From Gammaproteobacteria bacterium (lineage in GTDB: Bacteria; Pseudomonadota; Gammaproteobacteria; Ga0077536), in NCBI GenBank assembly GCA_963662545.2, contig CAXXLL010000003.1, positions 864,001 to 928,000 of the forward strand: a DNA stretch of 64,000 nt. Reading direction: 5' to 3'. Below are positions 1 through 10,593 of the stretch, piece after piece. Position 1 is the first letter of the stretch, and the number at the start of each line of letters is the position of its first letter. A model generated the notes under the pieces. The model made no database searches. It was given only the letters and a program-made list of their open reading frames with translations, and was not told the DNA's origin. A program made the translations under genes and the position numbers.

Positions 1-535
1 CGTTTCCGAATTCTGGTCGACTCACGGGCGCTGCGAGCGCCTGTTGATGTCGTTTCACGGCATTCCCCGCGACACTTTTCTCGCCGGCGATCCCTATTAT
101 TGCCAGTGTCAGGCTACCGGCCGCCTGCTGGCCGAACACTTGGAATTCGACTCGACTGCTTGGTCGTTAAGCTTTCAGTCCCGGCTCGGGCCCAAAACCT
201 GGCTGGAACCCTACACGGACGTGACGCTCGTGGATTGGGCGCGCGGCGGTCTCGCCAAGGTCGATGTCATCTGTCCGGGCTTTTCCGTCGACTGCCTCGA
301 AACGCTCGAGGAGATCGCCATGCGCTACGCCGCATTGTTTCAGCAGGCGGGCGGGCAGAAACTTCGATATATCCCTGCCTTGAACGATCGGGCAGAGCAC
401 GTCTCGGCGCTGGCGGGCATCATCTCGGACCATCTGTCCGGCTGGCTCGGCGCGAAGGCGCAAACCGACGGTGAGGAGGAAACCGAACGCCGCGCCGCGG
501 CGGAGCGCGCGCGCGCGGCGGGCGCGACGCGTTGA
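1..535 (+). CDS. hemH: Ferrochelatase, C-terminal part (runs off window start)
   Basis: Frame open from position 2; motifs LMSFHGIP, FQSRLG..WLEPYTD, CPGFSVDCLETLEEI. Confidence 0.95.
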   Translation, partial: VSEFWSTHGRCERLLMSFHGIPRDTFLAGDPYYCQCQATGRLLAEHLEFDSTAWSLSFQSRLGPKTWLEPYTDVTLVDWARGGLAKVDVICPGFSVDCLETLEEIAMRYAALFQQAGGQKLRYIPALNDRAEHVSALAGIISDHLSGWLGAKAQTDGEEETERRAAAERARAAGATR

Positions 536-581
536 CTGGCCCGCGTATTGCACGAAAGCGCCCGAATCCAGGTAGGTGGGA

Positions 582-1001
582 TCAGCCGTCACCGACGATC
601 GTGACGACGACCACGCGCCGATGCGGACGTGTGCGGTGCTCCCACAAGTAAATACCCTGCCAGGTCCCAAGCTCGAGACGGCCCCGGCGTACCGGCAGCG
701 TCAGGTCGCTCTGGGTCAACACGCTGCGTACGTGGGCGGGCATATCATCGGGCCCTTCGGCATCGTGACGGAAAAGCGTATCCCCATCCGGAACCAGTCG
801 CTGCATGAATCGTTCGAGATCATGCAGTACCTCGGAGTCGGCATTTTCACAAAGGATGAGCGAAGCGCTGGTGTGCCGGATCGCGATCGAGCATAACCCG
901 ATCTCGATACGCGAGCCGCTTACGAGCGATTCAAGTTGGCGGGTCAATTCGATAAAACCCCGTCCCGGCGTTTGAATCTCTATTTCATCACTTGCAACCA
1001 T
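582..1001 (-). CDS. yjbQ: YjbQ/UPF0047 family protein (secondary thiamine-phosphate synthase)
   Basis: HTSASL..ENAD, EGPDDMPAH, LGTWQGIYLWEHR motifs. Confidence 0.92.
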   Translation of the reverse strand: MVASDEIEIQTPGRGFIELTRQLESLVSGSRIEIGLCSIAIRHTSASLILCENADSEVLHDLERFMQRLVPDGDTLFRHDAEGPDDMPAHVRSVLTQSDLTLPVRRGRLELGTWQGIYLWEHRTRPHRRVVVVTIVGDG

Positions 1002-1060
1002 GCGTGCCTGCTCCCGGTAGTTTCCTCAATAAACGGGGAAGTCCTTTTTCGACCAGGCGC

Positions 1061-1630
1061 TTACTCGATCCGATCGACCAAGGCATCGACCGGCTTGCGA
1101 TGTTGTTCGCTTATCGTGGCAGGCCATCCGTACCAGAACATACCAACAACGGTCTCGCGTTCTCGCACAATCCCCGCGGCCTCGTAGAACGCATCCAGAA
1201 CGACCACGGCCCCAGTCGTCCATTTTGCGCCAGCGCCTACGGCCCACAGGTAAAGCATCATGTTCTGCGCCGCACAGCAGCAAGCCGCGTAGTCTTCACG
1301 CGCGCGAACGGCATCGTCGCTGTTTACGCAGGTCAAAATTAGCCATCCCGGCATCGCCAGCCAGCGTTTGAGTTTGATTTCGGCGGCGCGTTCGCCGCGG
1401 GATTCGCGCACGAGCTCGGCATTGAGTCTAGCGATTCGAGCGCACGCTTTGTCTCCTAAAAGGTAAAAATGCCAGGGTTCGGTACGATGGTGATTGGGCG
1501 CCCAGCGCGCTGCGTCGATCGCGCGCAGGATCAACGCCTCGGGTACCGGCTCGGGCTTAAACTCGTGCACGGTTCTACGACCGCATAGGACCCGATAAAC
1601 CTCCCCGGCGTCGGCCGCAACATGGTTCAT
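1061..1630 (-). CDS. Nitroreductase family protein (YdjA-like)
   Basis: RRTVHEF, ARWAPNHHRTEPWHF, AAQNMML; start placed at ATG of MNHVAAD inside ORF 1061..1768. Confidence 0.88.
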   Translation of the reverse strand: MNHVAADAGEVYRVLCGRRTVHEFKPEPVPEALILRAIDAARWAPNHHRTEPWHFYLLGDKACARIARLNAELVRESRGERAAEIKLKRWLAMPGWLILTCVNSDDAVRAREDYAACCCAAQNMMLYLWAVGAGAKWTTGAVVVLDAFYEAAGIVRERETVVGMFWYGWPATISEQHRKPVDALVDRIE

Positions 1631-1647
1631 CGAAGAAGAATTTTTTG

Positions 1648-2049
1648 TCACTGCAATTGGTCCTCGATCAGCCGGTCGTCGATGAGCCCGTAAAACATTC
1701 CGGTCGCTGTATTGCTGAACCGCCAGCCGAGGTGCTCCCGGCATTCGCGGCAGCTCGCCATCTGCCACGCATAGCCCGCAAACCAGGTATGTTCCGTAGT
1801 CGGCTCACCGCTTTCCCTGCACCCGGGCGCATCGATAAATGTCCGAAAGGAAAAGGTAAACCCATGTGGATTGATCCCGCTATGGGAAGTCTTGCCGGAA
1901 ATTTCGGTGATGAACTCTTTGCGGGTTACGAGATGGCGGCACGCTGCGCACAACAAGATCGTCCCTCGAGAAGTATCGATCTCCAAGGATGTTGCATCGG
2001 GATCGGCGGAAAAACCGCTGACGCCGCCGCTGTCGAGTAGCCTAAACAT
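1648..2049 (-). CDS. Cereblon-like (CULT/Yippee-type Zn-binding) protein
   Basis: CxxC...NPHG...EHTWFAGYAW..CxxC..HLGWRF..FYGLI; start uncertain (2049 or 2106). Confidence 0.88.
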   Translation of the reverse strand: MFRLLDSGGVSGFSADPDATSLEIDTSRGTILLCAACRHLVTRKEFITEISGKTSHSGINPHGFTFSFRTFIDAPGCRESGEPTTEHTWFAGYAWQMASCRECREHLGWRFSNTATGMFYGLIDDRLIEDQLQ

Positions 2050-2157
2050 AATTTGTTTCCGCAGGTTAAGATCCGCGTCCAGGATGTTATCGACCTCGAT
2101 TCCCACGAATTATAGAGTGCCCGCACGGTACCGGCCCGATTCCCGGGGCAGCACGCC

Positions 2158-4125
2158 GTGAACCTGCCGGCAGCATCGCAGCGCATGCTCCTGACTGCGC
2201 TTGCAGTTCTACTTTCATGCGCAGCTTCGAGCGCACTCGCGGCCGATGAATTCGCTACTCAGCGGGAAAGCTTCGCCAAGGTACTCAAGGCCCAATCCTC
2301 GAACCGGTATACGCTCGCCCGCCAATTGGTCGTGGGCCTCGAGGAATATCCTTTATATCCCTATTTTCGGTACAACGACCTTCGCCGTCGCCTCCACCGT
2401 TTACCCGAAGGCGACGTCGCACAGTTTCTTTCAGCCTACGACAATTCCTACCTCGCCGAGCGCCTGCGTCTCGAATGGTTGAGGCAACTTGCGCGTTCGA
2501 AACGTTGGGCGATGTTTCTGCGTTTTTACCGTCCCCAAACGGGCACAAAGCTGCGTTGCCTGCACCTGAGCGCGCGCATCAAAACGGGCGCGCTGGAGGG
2601 CGTGCTGGCGGATGCTAACGCATTATGGCTGACAGGGAAGTCGCAGCCCGACGAGTGCGATCTTGCGTTCGAGCGCTTGTACGCGAGCGACCTCATGGAC
2701 GATGGCTTATTGTTGCAGCGGATCCGGCTTGCGATGGAGGACGGGAAATCCAGCCTCGCCCGATATCTGGCGTCAAAACTCGTGCATGAGCGCAATCAAC
2801 AGCGGTATGCGCTTTGGTCTACCGCACATCAAAATCCCCTCCGCGTCCTGCGGGACCGGCAGCTCGATGACGTCACCGAAACACGTGAAATCCTGATTTA
2901 CGCGCTGCAACGCCTCGCGCGCAAAAGGGTCGACACCGCGTTGCTCGCCTGGCAGGACGTGTCGAGCAGGTACAGCTTCGGCGAGCGCGAGTCCGGCCTC
3001 GCCGCGAGGACCCTCGCCATCGCCGCCGCACGCCGCAAACACGATGGTCGCATCGAACTCTTGGACGCCGTCCCGCGGCACCAGGTCGATGCCGACGTCG
3101 AGCGCTACAGACTGCGGGAAGGCATCGCCGAGAAGGCGTGGGAATGGCTCGGCCGCTGGACCCAGAGCGAACCGATTTCAGACGTGAACCGCCTGCGCTG
3201 GCGCTACTGGCGCAGCCGCGCGCTGGAAGAACTGGGGCGCACTGAGGAAGCGACGGCGATTCTCAGAGGACTCGCAAAGGAACGCGACTATTATGGCTTT
3301 TTGGCGGCGGACAAACTGGACCTCGACTATTCGCTCAACTTCAACCCGATCTCCGCCTCCGCGAGTGAACAGAGTGAATTGCTCGCGGTGCCGGGCGTCC
3401 GCCGCGCGCTTGAATTATTCCTGTTGAACCGTCGGTTTCAGGCGCGCCGCGAGTGGATCCATGAACTCTCACGCATGGACAAACGGCACCAGGAGGTCGC
3501 TGCAACCTTGGCCGCGGATTGGGGCTGGCACGATCGCGCGATTTTTTCACTTGGCAAAGCGGAGTCCTACGACGACCTTTACGTGAGATTTCCCATTCTT
3601 TACGAAGATATCGCCGCGGATTACGCCGCACGGCGAGGCCTCGCCCTCGCGCGCATTCTGGCGATCATTCGCTCGGAGAGTGCGTTCATGGCCGATGCAC
3701 GTTCCGGCGCCGGTGCGCTGGGTTTGATGCAGATCTTGCCTCGGACGGCACGCGAAACGGCCAAGCGATTAGGCATGCGATTCGAGAGCGCGAAGATCCT
3801 GTACCAGCCAAGAAAAAATATCGCAATAGGGACCGCTTATTTCAAGCAGATGCTGGACCGCTACGACGGCAACTTCGCTATGGCGGCCGCAGCGTATAAT
3901 GCGGGGCCCAATAGGGTCCGGCAGTGGCGGCGCGATAGCTGCATTACGGCGGAGCGTTGGATCGACATGATTCCGTTCACCGAGACACGCCGTTATGTCC
4001 GCCGTGCCCTGTTTTACACTGCCGTCTATGAATGGCGTCTCGAGAAAGAACGGACGAAATTGAAAACCATAATGTTCCCGGTGCCGGCGAAACGGGCGTC
4101 CAGCACTGCCGAGTGTAGGACATGA
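2158..4125 (+). CDS. slt: Soluble lytic murein transglycosylase
   Basis: Signal peptide, YPLYPY, C-terminal SLT domain (IRSESAF, GALGLMQ, AAYNAGP, IPFTETRRYV). Confidence 0.95.
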   Translation: MNLPAASQRMLLTALAVLLSCAASSALAADEFATQRESFAKVLKAQSSNRYTLARQLVVGLEEYPLYPYFRYNDLRRRLHRLPEGDVAQFLSAYDNSYLAERLRLEWLRQLARSKRWAMFLRFYRPQTGTKLRCLHLSARIKTGALEGVLADANALWLTGKSQPDECDLAFERLYASDLMDDGLLLQRIRLAMEDGKSSLARYLASKLVHERNQQRYALWSTAHQNPLRVLRDRQLDDVTETREILIYALQRLARKRVDTALLAWQDVSSRYSFGERESGLAARTLAIAAARRKHDGRIELLDAVPRHQVDADVERYRLREGIAEKAWEWLGRWTQSEPISDVNRLRWRYWRSRALEELGRTEEATAILRGLAKERDYYGFLAADKLDLDYSLNFNPISASASEQSELLAVPGVRRALELFLLNRRFQARREWIHELSRMDKRHQEVAATLAADWGWHDRAIFSLGKAESYDDLYVRFPILYEDIAADYAARRGLALARILAIIRSESAFMADARSGAGALGLMQILPRTARETAKRLGMRFESAKILYQPRKNIAIGTAYFKQMLDRYDGNFAMAAAAYNAGPNRVRQWRRDSCITAERWIDMIPFTETRRYVRRALFYTAVYEWRLEKERTKLKTIMFPVPAKRASSTAECRT

Positions 4126-5090
4126 CCAAACTCATCGCAGGAATACTCGGAGGGAGCGGATTCGTTGGCAGCGTTATCGCGAATCGCCTGATCAACCGCG
4201 GCTATGCGGTGAACATCTACACGCGTAAACGCGATCACGCCCGCCACTTGTGGCTGTTACCCGATACACGGATCATCGAGCTCGACCCGGCAAATCAAGA
4301 ACAACTCAACGCGGCCGTGTCGGGCTGCGCCGTGCTTATCAACATGATTGGCATCCTCAACGAAAAGCGTGACAACGGCGAGGGTTTTCACCGAGCTCAT
4401 ACGGAGATTACGGCGCGGGCGGTAAAAGCCTGTAAGTCGAACAATATTCCCCGCCTGTTGCAAATGAGTGCGATTAACGCGGACAGCTTTGCGTCGAGTT
4501 ACTATTTGCGCAGCAAAGGTGAGGCCGAAAAGCTCGTGCTCTCAGAACAAAACAGCCGGTTCAGCGCAACGATTTTTCGGCCGTCCGTTATATTCGGTCC
4601 CGGTGACAAATTCATTAATCGTTTTGCGCGGCTGCTTAAAATGAGCCCGGGGTTTTTCCCACTCGCTTGCGCTCATGCGCGTTTTCAACCCGTATTCGTC
4701 GGTGACGTCGCCGATGCCTTCCTCGAAGCGCTCGAAGAAAACGCGGCCGCCGGTCAGCGCTTTGATCTGGGCGGCCCGAATGTCATGAGCTTGCAAGAGA
4801 TAGTGAGCTATGTCGCGGCCGTTATCGACCGCCCCACTCTTGTGATACCCCTGGGACGCGGCCTGTCCAGCCTTCAGGCCAACCTGCTCGAATTTTTTCC
4901 CGGCAAGCCGTTTTCTCGGGATAACCTGCGCTCGATGCAGGAAGATTCCGTGTGCAGACCGAACAACGCTCTCGAACAGCTCGGTATTCGACCGACGCCG
5001 ATGGACCAGATCGTTCCGCAGTATCTTGGCGGTGAACGCATTCGTAATCGATATTACGGGTATCGCTCGGAAGCGCGGCGCGATGATTGA
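4122..5090 (+). CDS. NDUFA9-like atypical SDR / NAD-dependent epimerase
   Basis: GGSGFVG Rossmann motif, YLRSKGEAE, RPSVIFG, FQPVFVGDVA. Confidence 0.88.
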   Translation: MTKLIAGILGGSGFVGSVIANRLINRGYAVNIYTRKRDHARHLWLLPDTRIIELDPANQEQLNAAVSGCAVLINMIGILNEKRDNGEGFHRAHTEITARAVKACKSNNIPRLLQMSAINADSFASSYYLRSKGEAEKLVLSEQNSRFSATIFRPSVIFGPGDKFINRFARLLKMSPGFFPLACAHARFQPVFVGDVADAFLEALEENAAAGQRFDLGGPNVMSLQEIVSYVAAVIDRPTLVIPLGRGLSSLQANLLEFFPGKPFSRDNLRSMQEDSVCRPNNALEQLGIRPTPMDQIVPQYLGGERIRNRYYGYRSEARRDD

Positions 5091-5210
5091 AAAACGGCGA
5101 AAAATCCGTCCAGATCCAGTTTCGACCCGGGAGATGATACGAGCTAGACCACTATCGCCGCCGCCCAAGACCGCAGGCGAATCGCCGGCCCCGTAAAAAC
5201 CGAGACTGCG

Positions 5211-6419
5211 ATGGAGGTCTATCAGGTAGGCGGCGCGGTAAGAGACCGCTTGCTCGGCGTCGAGATCAAGGACCGCGACTGGGTCGTTGTCGGCGCATCG
5301 CCCGACGAACTCCTCGACCAGGGCTACAAAAAAGTCGGAGCCGATTTTCCCGTCTTTCTGCATCCGGATACTGCCGAGGAATACGCGCTCGCTCGCACTG
5401 AGCGCAAGTCGGGCGCGGGATACAAGGGATTCGAGACCAAGGCTTCGCGCGAAGTTACGCTCGAGGAAGATCTGGCCCGGCGCGATCTTACCGTCAACGC
5501 CATGGCAATGGCGCCTGACGGCAGCATCATCGATCCGTTTGGAGGACGGCAGGATCTCGAAACAGGCATCTTGCGGCACGTAACCGGGGCGTTCGTCGAA
5601 GATCCGCTGCGGGTATTACGCACGGCACGTTTCGCGGCGCGGTTCAATTTCACCGTTGCGCCCGAAACGCTCGATTTGATGCGCCAGATTGCCCTATCCG
5701 GGGAGTTGTCGACGTTAACGCCGGAACGGGTGTGGAGTGAGTTGCGCCGCGCGCTCAGTGAAAAATCTCCCGCCCGATTCATCGAGGTCCTGAGGGAGTG
5801 CGAAGCAAGCCGGGTGATCTTTCCGGAAATCGATCGCCTTTTCGGTATTCCGCAGCCGGAGAAATATCACCCGGAAATCGACACCGGAGAACACATACTC
5901 CTGGCGTTAAAACAGGCGGCCCGGTGGAATACGAGTGCGATCGTACGCTTTGCGGTCCTGGTACACGACCTCGGAAAAGGGACGACGCCGAATAAAATTC
6001 TACCGTCCCATCACGGCCATGAAGAGCGCGGTGTAGCGCTCATTAACGAATTCAGCGAGCGCTTGCGGGTGCCCCGGGAATATCGCGAACTGGCCGTCCT
6101 CGTATCTAGGTTTCACACCAAGGTTCACCGTGCCCGGGAAATGAAACCGGCCACGATCCTGCGCCTGCTCGAAGGCGCCGATGCTTTTCGCAGAAGAGAA
6201 CGGTTTGCCAGCTTCCTCGAAGCCTGCACGATCGATGCCACGGGCCGCCGCGGACTCGAGGACACTGATTATCCGCAGGCCGATCGTTTACGCCAGGCGC
6301 TTGCAGTAGCGGCGGGAGTCGAGGCGCGCTCGTTGGTCGAGAAGGGTTACGACGGTGAGGAACTCGCTCTAGCGTTACATGAAGCGCGTGTGGAGGCCCT
6401 TACTCGCAGCGATAATTAA
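5211..6419 (+). CDS. cca: Multifunctional CCA-adding enzyme
   Basis: VGGAVRD, DRDWVV, EEDLARRDLT, EDPLRVLR, HD domain (HPEIDTGEH, HDLGK). Confidence 0.97.
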   Translation: MEVYQVGGAVRDRLLGVEIKDRDWVVVGASPDELLDQGYKKVGADFPVFLHPDTAEEYALARTERKSGAGYKGFETKASREVTLEEDLARRDLTVNAMAMAPDGSIIDPFGGRQDLETGILRHVTGAFVEDPLRVLRTARFAARFNFTVAPETLDLMRQIALSGELSTLTPERVWSELRRALSEKSPARFIEVLRECEASRVIFPEIDRLFGIPQPEKYHPEIDTGEHILLALKQAARWNTSAIVRFAVLVHDLGKGTTPNKILPSHHGHEERGVALINEFSERLRVPREYRELAVLVSRFHTKVHRAREMKPATILRLLEGADAFRRRERFASFLEACTIDATGRRGLEDTDYPQADRLRQALAVAAGVEARSLVEKGYDGEELALALHEARVEALTRSDN

Positions 6420-7317
6420 TAGCGAATTCCAGTTCCTCTCCCTCCGGGTGCCCGGGAATTATAACGCCTGACCCCAATAGCTTGGACGATTCACGCTTGA
6501 GCTCGACCCGGCTGCCGTCTTCGTTTACGACGACCGAGCCGTTCGTGCTGTTGTCCGTAATAGTGCATCTGCCGCGGCTGAACTGCGCGCTCAGGTGCTG
6601 CCTCGATACCAGGTCCTTGTCGACGACGAGATCGTTTTGAGGTCCTCGTCCTATGGAGATCACCGGGCGCGCCGTGCTGAGCACAACCGACGCGTCGCCA
6701 TAGCTGAATTCCACGGAGTCGTAGCTCTGTGCATCACGCATCGGCTTTTCGCCGTTGTAGGCTGTAATGGATTCGACGTCCCAGATGATCTCGTAGAGTT
6801 CGACGTGTTCGAGCGATATGAAATCCCAGGTTTCATCGTCAACGTAACGGGCTACCGCGCGGCACAACCGCGGCAACTCGTCGATCAAGGCGCGCGTGGC
6901 AAGTGTCTGCTCTGGTTTAGCCTTACTCGCGGCCCAAGTCGCTATTTTGGTCGTTTGGCTCATCAACAACTGGGAACTCGTTGGTACGGGCCCATAATGA
7001 AGCCCGATCCGCAGACGAATGTTGCGTTCGTCGTCTTGAGCGTACTTTTCATTTAGAGTCGCATGGATATCGGATGCCGCGCTCGCGGCTTCCGTCGGAT
7101 CCGAAAACAGCGCCATGACCTCGTCCCCGACTTCGGCGATGAGGCGGCCGTGATGTTCACTAAGGTGACTTTTTAGCGTGTCCAGGCAATCGGCGACGAT
7201 TTCCCGGGCGCGCGCGTCGCCCAACGCTTCGTACAAAGCGGTGCTGCCGACTACGTCGGCGGACATTATGACTTTCGTGTCGATATCGCGCTCAGGATCA
7301 CACAGTCGGGTACTCAC
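6400..7317 (-). CDS. Adenylate/guanylate cyclase domain plus FHA domain protein
   Basis: ADVVGSTALYE, GDEVM, RIGLHYG; C-terminal IGR...VSRQH...DNSTNGS FHA signature. Confidence 0.88.
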   Translation of the reverse strand: MSTRLCDPERDIDTKVIMSADVVGSTALYEALGDARAREIVADCLDTLKSHLSEHHGRLIAEVGDEVMALFSDPTEAASAASDIHATLNEKYAQDDERNIRLRIGLHYGPVPTSSQLLMSQTTKIATWAASKAKPEQTLATRALIDELPRLCRAVARYVDDETWDFISLEHVELYEIIWDVESITAYNGEKPMRDAQSYDSVEFSYGDASVVLSTARPVISIGRGPQNDLVVDKDLVSRQHLSAQFSRGRCTITDNSTNGSVVVNEDGSRVELKRESSKLLGSGVIIPGHPEGEELEFAINYRCE

Positions 7318-7410
7318 CCCTCGATGCAGGCACCCCTTTTAGCCTGACCGACAATATGACGGCCATGGCACAGGTAAAAATATCATGGACTCCGATTGAC
7401 AACCAGAGAT

Positions 7411-8073
7411 TTAGGATTCGCCACCCCATATCTGTTCAAGCCTGCGATCACGCCCACAGCCGAACCGGTAATGCTTATAACGGATCGGATTAGTTACATA
7501 GAAGTCCTGGTGATAGTCCTCAGCCACGAAGAACTCGGTCGCTACAACGATTTCAGTTCGAATCGGATCCTTGAAAGGTTTGGTCTTTTCAATCTGAGCG
7601 AGCGACGCAAGAGCGGCGTCCCTTTGCGCTTCCCCGTGATAGAAAATCGCGGGCCGATATTGACTTCCTCGATCACAAAACTGGCGATCGGCTTTAGTAG
7701 GGTCGATGTTACGCCAGAAGATCTTGAGCAAGTCTTCGTAGTTGACTCGTTTGGGATCGTAGATGATTCGCACCGCTTCGGCGTGACCGGTGCTACCCGA
7801 TGAAACCTGGTGATAAGTCGGATCGTCGACATGTCCGCCCGTATAGCCCGAAGTGGTCGATATGACCCCGTCTACGACATCGAACGGTGGTTCCATGCAC
7901 CAGAAACATCCTCCGGCAAACGTCGCTACCGCGAGTTCGCCGGGCGGTTCCCCGGCAGCTAGCGTACCCTCTTCGCTGCGTCCGCCCGCAACCGCAATAA
8001 CAACGAGCAAAAGCCCGCCTGCGATGGCGGCAGCCACGAGCGGTTTGCCCGCGAATAATTTCAAAACCTGCAT
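7411..8073 (-). CDS. msrA: Peptide-methionine (S)-S-oxide reductase, exported
   Basis: FAGGCFWC, GYTGG, AEDYHQ; N-terminal hydrophobic segment. Confidence 0.95.
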   Translation of the reverse strand: MQVLKLFAGKPLVAAAIAGGLLLVVIAVAGGRSEEGTLAAGEPPGELAVATFAGGCFWCMEPPFDVVDGVISTTSGYTGGHVDDPTYHQVSSGSTGHAEAVRIIYDPKRVNYEDLLKIFWRNIDPTKADRQFCDRGSQYRPAIFYHGEAQRDAALASLAQIEKTKPFKDPIRTEIVVATEFFVAEDYHQDFYVTNPIRYKHYRFGCGRDRRLEQIWGGES

Positions 8074-8204
8074 GACACCCTACCGTTTACTCTGGTTGCG
8101 TGACTATCGGACCTGTTCCGAATGCTCGAGTTGCATCGACTCGATCCGGGGCGTACAGAATCTTCGGGCCCGCTGAAAATCGATTGATATCGACCGGGCT
8201 CCGA

Positions 8205-9002
8205 TCAGACAAAATACCAAAGCAAGGCCGCGCCGAAGGCCATGCGATAAAGCACGAAGGGAGCCATCCCGACGCGTTCGACGAACGTAAGAAAAGCATG
8301 GATACAGACGAACGCGCTGACGCCCGACAATAAGACGACCGCGGCAAGATCACCCCAAGGCTGGGCGGCCGGCTTGCCTGCGAGTTGGACGATTTCGAGG
8401 CCCGACGCGAGGACGATTACGGGAATGGACAGGAGAAACGAGAAACGCGCCGCGGCCTCGCGGGTCATGCCAAGGGCGAGCGCCGCGGTGATGGTAATCC
8501 CGGATCGCGAGGTGCCGGGTATCAGCGCTATTGCCTGTGCGTACCCGATAATAAGGGCATCGCGCATTTTGAAGGAATCGAGGCCCCGTCTGCGCTCGCC
8601 GAGCCAGTCAGCCAACCACAGAGCGACGCCGAACAGAATCGTGGCCGCTGCGATCAGCTGGACCGAGCGAAGAGTCGTTGCAACGTTAACGTGGGCGAGT
8701 AATCCGACGACGCCGACCGGCAAGGTTCCGATCAAAACACCCCAAGCCAGCTTCGCCTCTCCATCCATTGCCCCCCCGGTCAACGTTCGAGTCCACGCGC
8801 TGCCGAGCATAACAATGTCGCGGCAGAAATAGAGGGTCACCGCGGCGAGACTGCCTAAATGCGCGGCGACGTCAAATGCCAATCCCTGGTCCGGCCAGCC
8901 CGTGAGCCGGGGCAGAATAATGAGGTGACCGGAACTCGAAATCGGCAGGAACTCAGTGACGCCCTGGACGACGGCCAGCACGATCAAGTGAACAGTTGCC
9001 AT
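8205..9002 (-). CDS. uppP: Undecaprenyl-diphosphate phosphatase
   Basis: QGVTEFLPISSSGH, PGTSRSGIT, AARFSFLLSIP. Confidence 0.96.
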   Translation of the reverse strand: MATVHLIVLAVVQGVTEFLPISSSGHLIILPRLTGWPDQGLAFDVAAHLGSLAAVTLYFCRDIVMLGSAWTRTLTGGAMDGEAKLAWGVLIGTLPVGVVGLLAHVNVATTLRSVQLIAAATILFGVALWLADWLGERRRGLDSFKMRDALIIGYAQAIALIPGTSRSGITITAALALGMTREAAARFSFLLSIPVIVLASGLEIVQLAGKPAAQPWGDLAAVVLLSGVSAFVCIHAFLTFVERVGMAPFVLYRMAFGAALLWYFV

Positions 9003-9015
9003 TCCCGTATCGGTC

Positions 9016-10206
9016 TCAGTTTCCGGCGAATCCGCTCAAGCGGTGTCGCTCGTCTGCGGCGAACCCGATGAGGTTTTCGGAGTAATCCGCCGCCAATGCC
9101 ATCGCCTTGCACGTCTGACCCATTGCCGATGGCAAGAGCAGACGCTTGGCTTCTTGTGCAAGCTTTAATTGATCCGCGGCATCTCGTTCCCCGTTCGCCT
9201 CGACGAATTGATCGATGCCACAAGCCAGAAGAAACCGCGTCTGTGTGGTAAAGCCCGCCACCCGTAGGCCGGCATCGACGGCCAATTCAGCCACCAAAGT
9301 AAAATCGATGGCGACCGTGATGTCCTGCGCGCCGGGATAAAGAAACGGATCGTCATGGACGCGATGCTGAAAGTGGCACTTGACCGTTCCGCTTGAGCGT
9401 GAAGGATGAAAGTATTCGTGCCGTGGATATCCATAGTCGATCAAAATAACTACGGCCCGCCTCAGAACGGAACTCAGATCAGCGAACCAGGCCTTAAGCG
9501 CCGGATTGAACTCGGAGACAAAATCATCCGGCAGCAGCACTTCCCCGTTACGCTGTCGCTCGATGCCCGTTACCTCGAGTGCCACTGAATCCAAGACGGT
9601 CCAACAAAAACTCTGCGCGTTTAACCCGACGCCGAGTTCGCGAATGAAGCCGTCTACGACGATGAACCTTTTGACCGGCATCGCGTCCAGTACCTCATTC
9701 GCGATTACGATACCGTCAGTTTCCAATGGCGCGTGTTTATCGCTCCATCTCACCCGTTCAAAGCATGCCGGCACATTGTCCCGGAGCAGCGTTTCCTGGC
9801 GACAGCGCATACGCGGGCTCGGTTCGACGATTACGTATGACGCAGGCAGGGCGTCTTGCTGCTCGAGAATTTGCAGGAGACTGCATGCCAAGCGTCCGCT
9901 GCCGCCGCCGTACTCGACGATGGATCCTCCGATCGCCTCGAGGATCTGGATGCACTGCCGGGCAAGGCAGCGGGCGAAGAGTTCGCCGCTCTCCGGCGCC
10001 GTGATGAAATCTCCGCCGGGGCCGAATATCGACGAGCTTCCCGTGTAGTAACCGAGACTCGGCTCGTACAAGGCCAGCTGCATGTAACGGTCGAATCCGA
10101 TCGCGCCGCCGGCCTTTAGGATCTCTGACCGGATAAGTGACGACAATCGGCGGGATCGTTGCAGCGCGTCCGGATCCGGATCGGGTAAAGGCGAATTTAC
10201 TGCCAT
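9016..10206 (-). CDS. SAM-dependent methyltransferase, MidA/NDUFAF7 family
   Basis: FDRYMQLALY..GYY, GDFITAPE, ANEVLDAMP, IDYG, QDIT. Confidence 0.9.
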   Translation of the reverse strand: MAVNSPLPDPDPDALQRSRRLSSLIRSEILKAGGAIGFDRYMQLALYEPSLGYYTGSSSIFGPGGDFITAPESGELFARCLARQCIQILEAIGGSIVEYGGGSGRLACSLLQILEQQDALPASYVIVEPSPRMRCRQETLLRDNVPACFERVRWSDKHAPLETDGIVIANEVLDAMPVKRFIVVDGFIRELGVGLNAQSFCWTVLDSVALEVTGIERQRNGEVLLPDDFVSEFNPALKAWFADLSSVLRRAVVILIDYGYPRHEYFHPSRSSGTVKCHFQHRVHDDPFLYPGAQDITVAIDFTLVAELAVDAGLRVAGFTTQTRFLLACGIDQFVEANGERDAADQLKLAQEAKRLLLPSAMGQTCKAMALAADYSENLIGFAADERHRLSGFAGN

Positions 10207-10324
10207 CGTCCTTTAGAACTCATTTCGAATCGATAGCCTCGCACCTGCGTATAATTTCAAGATGGAATGTCCTTCGGTCGCCGCGCTCCCCACGAAGCAT
10301 CATAAACATTCGAGGTGAAAGTAC

Positions 10325-10593
10325 CATGAACCTATCTCAAAATTGTCCGCGTGTGCGCCGGGAGCGATTTTCGCGCAGTTCAAGGCGCGAGGAGTGTAGT
10401 TTAGCACCGCTAAATGAGCGACGAGCAACGCCGAAATGCGCGAAAATCGCCTTAGGCCCCGGGTTGCGCCCTGAAAGCGCGCTGGCTTCGTTGCAGCGCT
10501 TGAACATAGAACCACTATGCTCTGCGCACTGCGCCTCGCCATCGCGCTTTCAGGGCACAACGCACATGCGGATAATTTTGAGATAGGTTCATG
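10325..10593. repeat. MITE-like element with ~33-bp terminal inverted repeats
   Basis: CATGAACCTATCTCAAAATTGTCCGCGTGTGCG ... CGCACATGCGGATAATTTTGAGATAGGTTCATG (2 mismatches); internal hairpins. Confidence 0.7.

Noticed and set aside
4122-10206. NDUFA9-like and NDUFAF7-like genes as a novel complex I module
   Set aside because: Both are commonly found near slt, cca and pteridine reductase in proteobacteria; nothing unusual is visible here.
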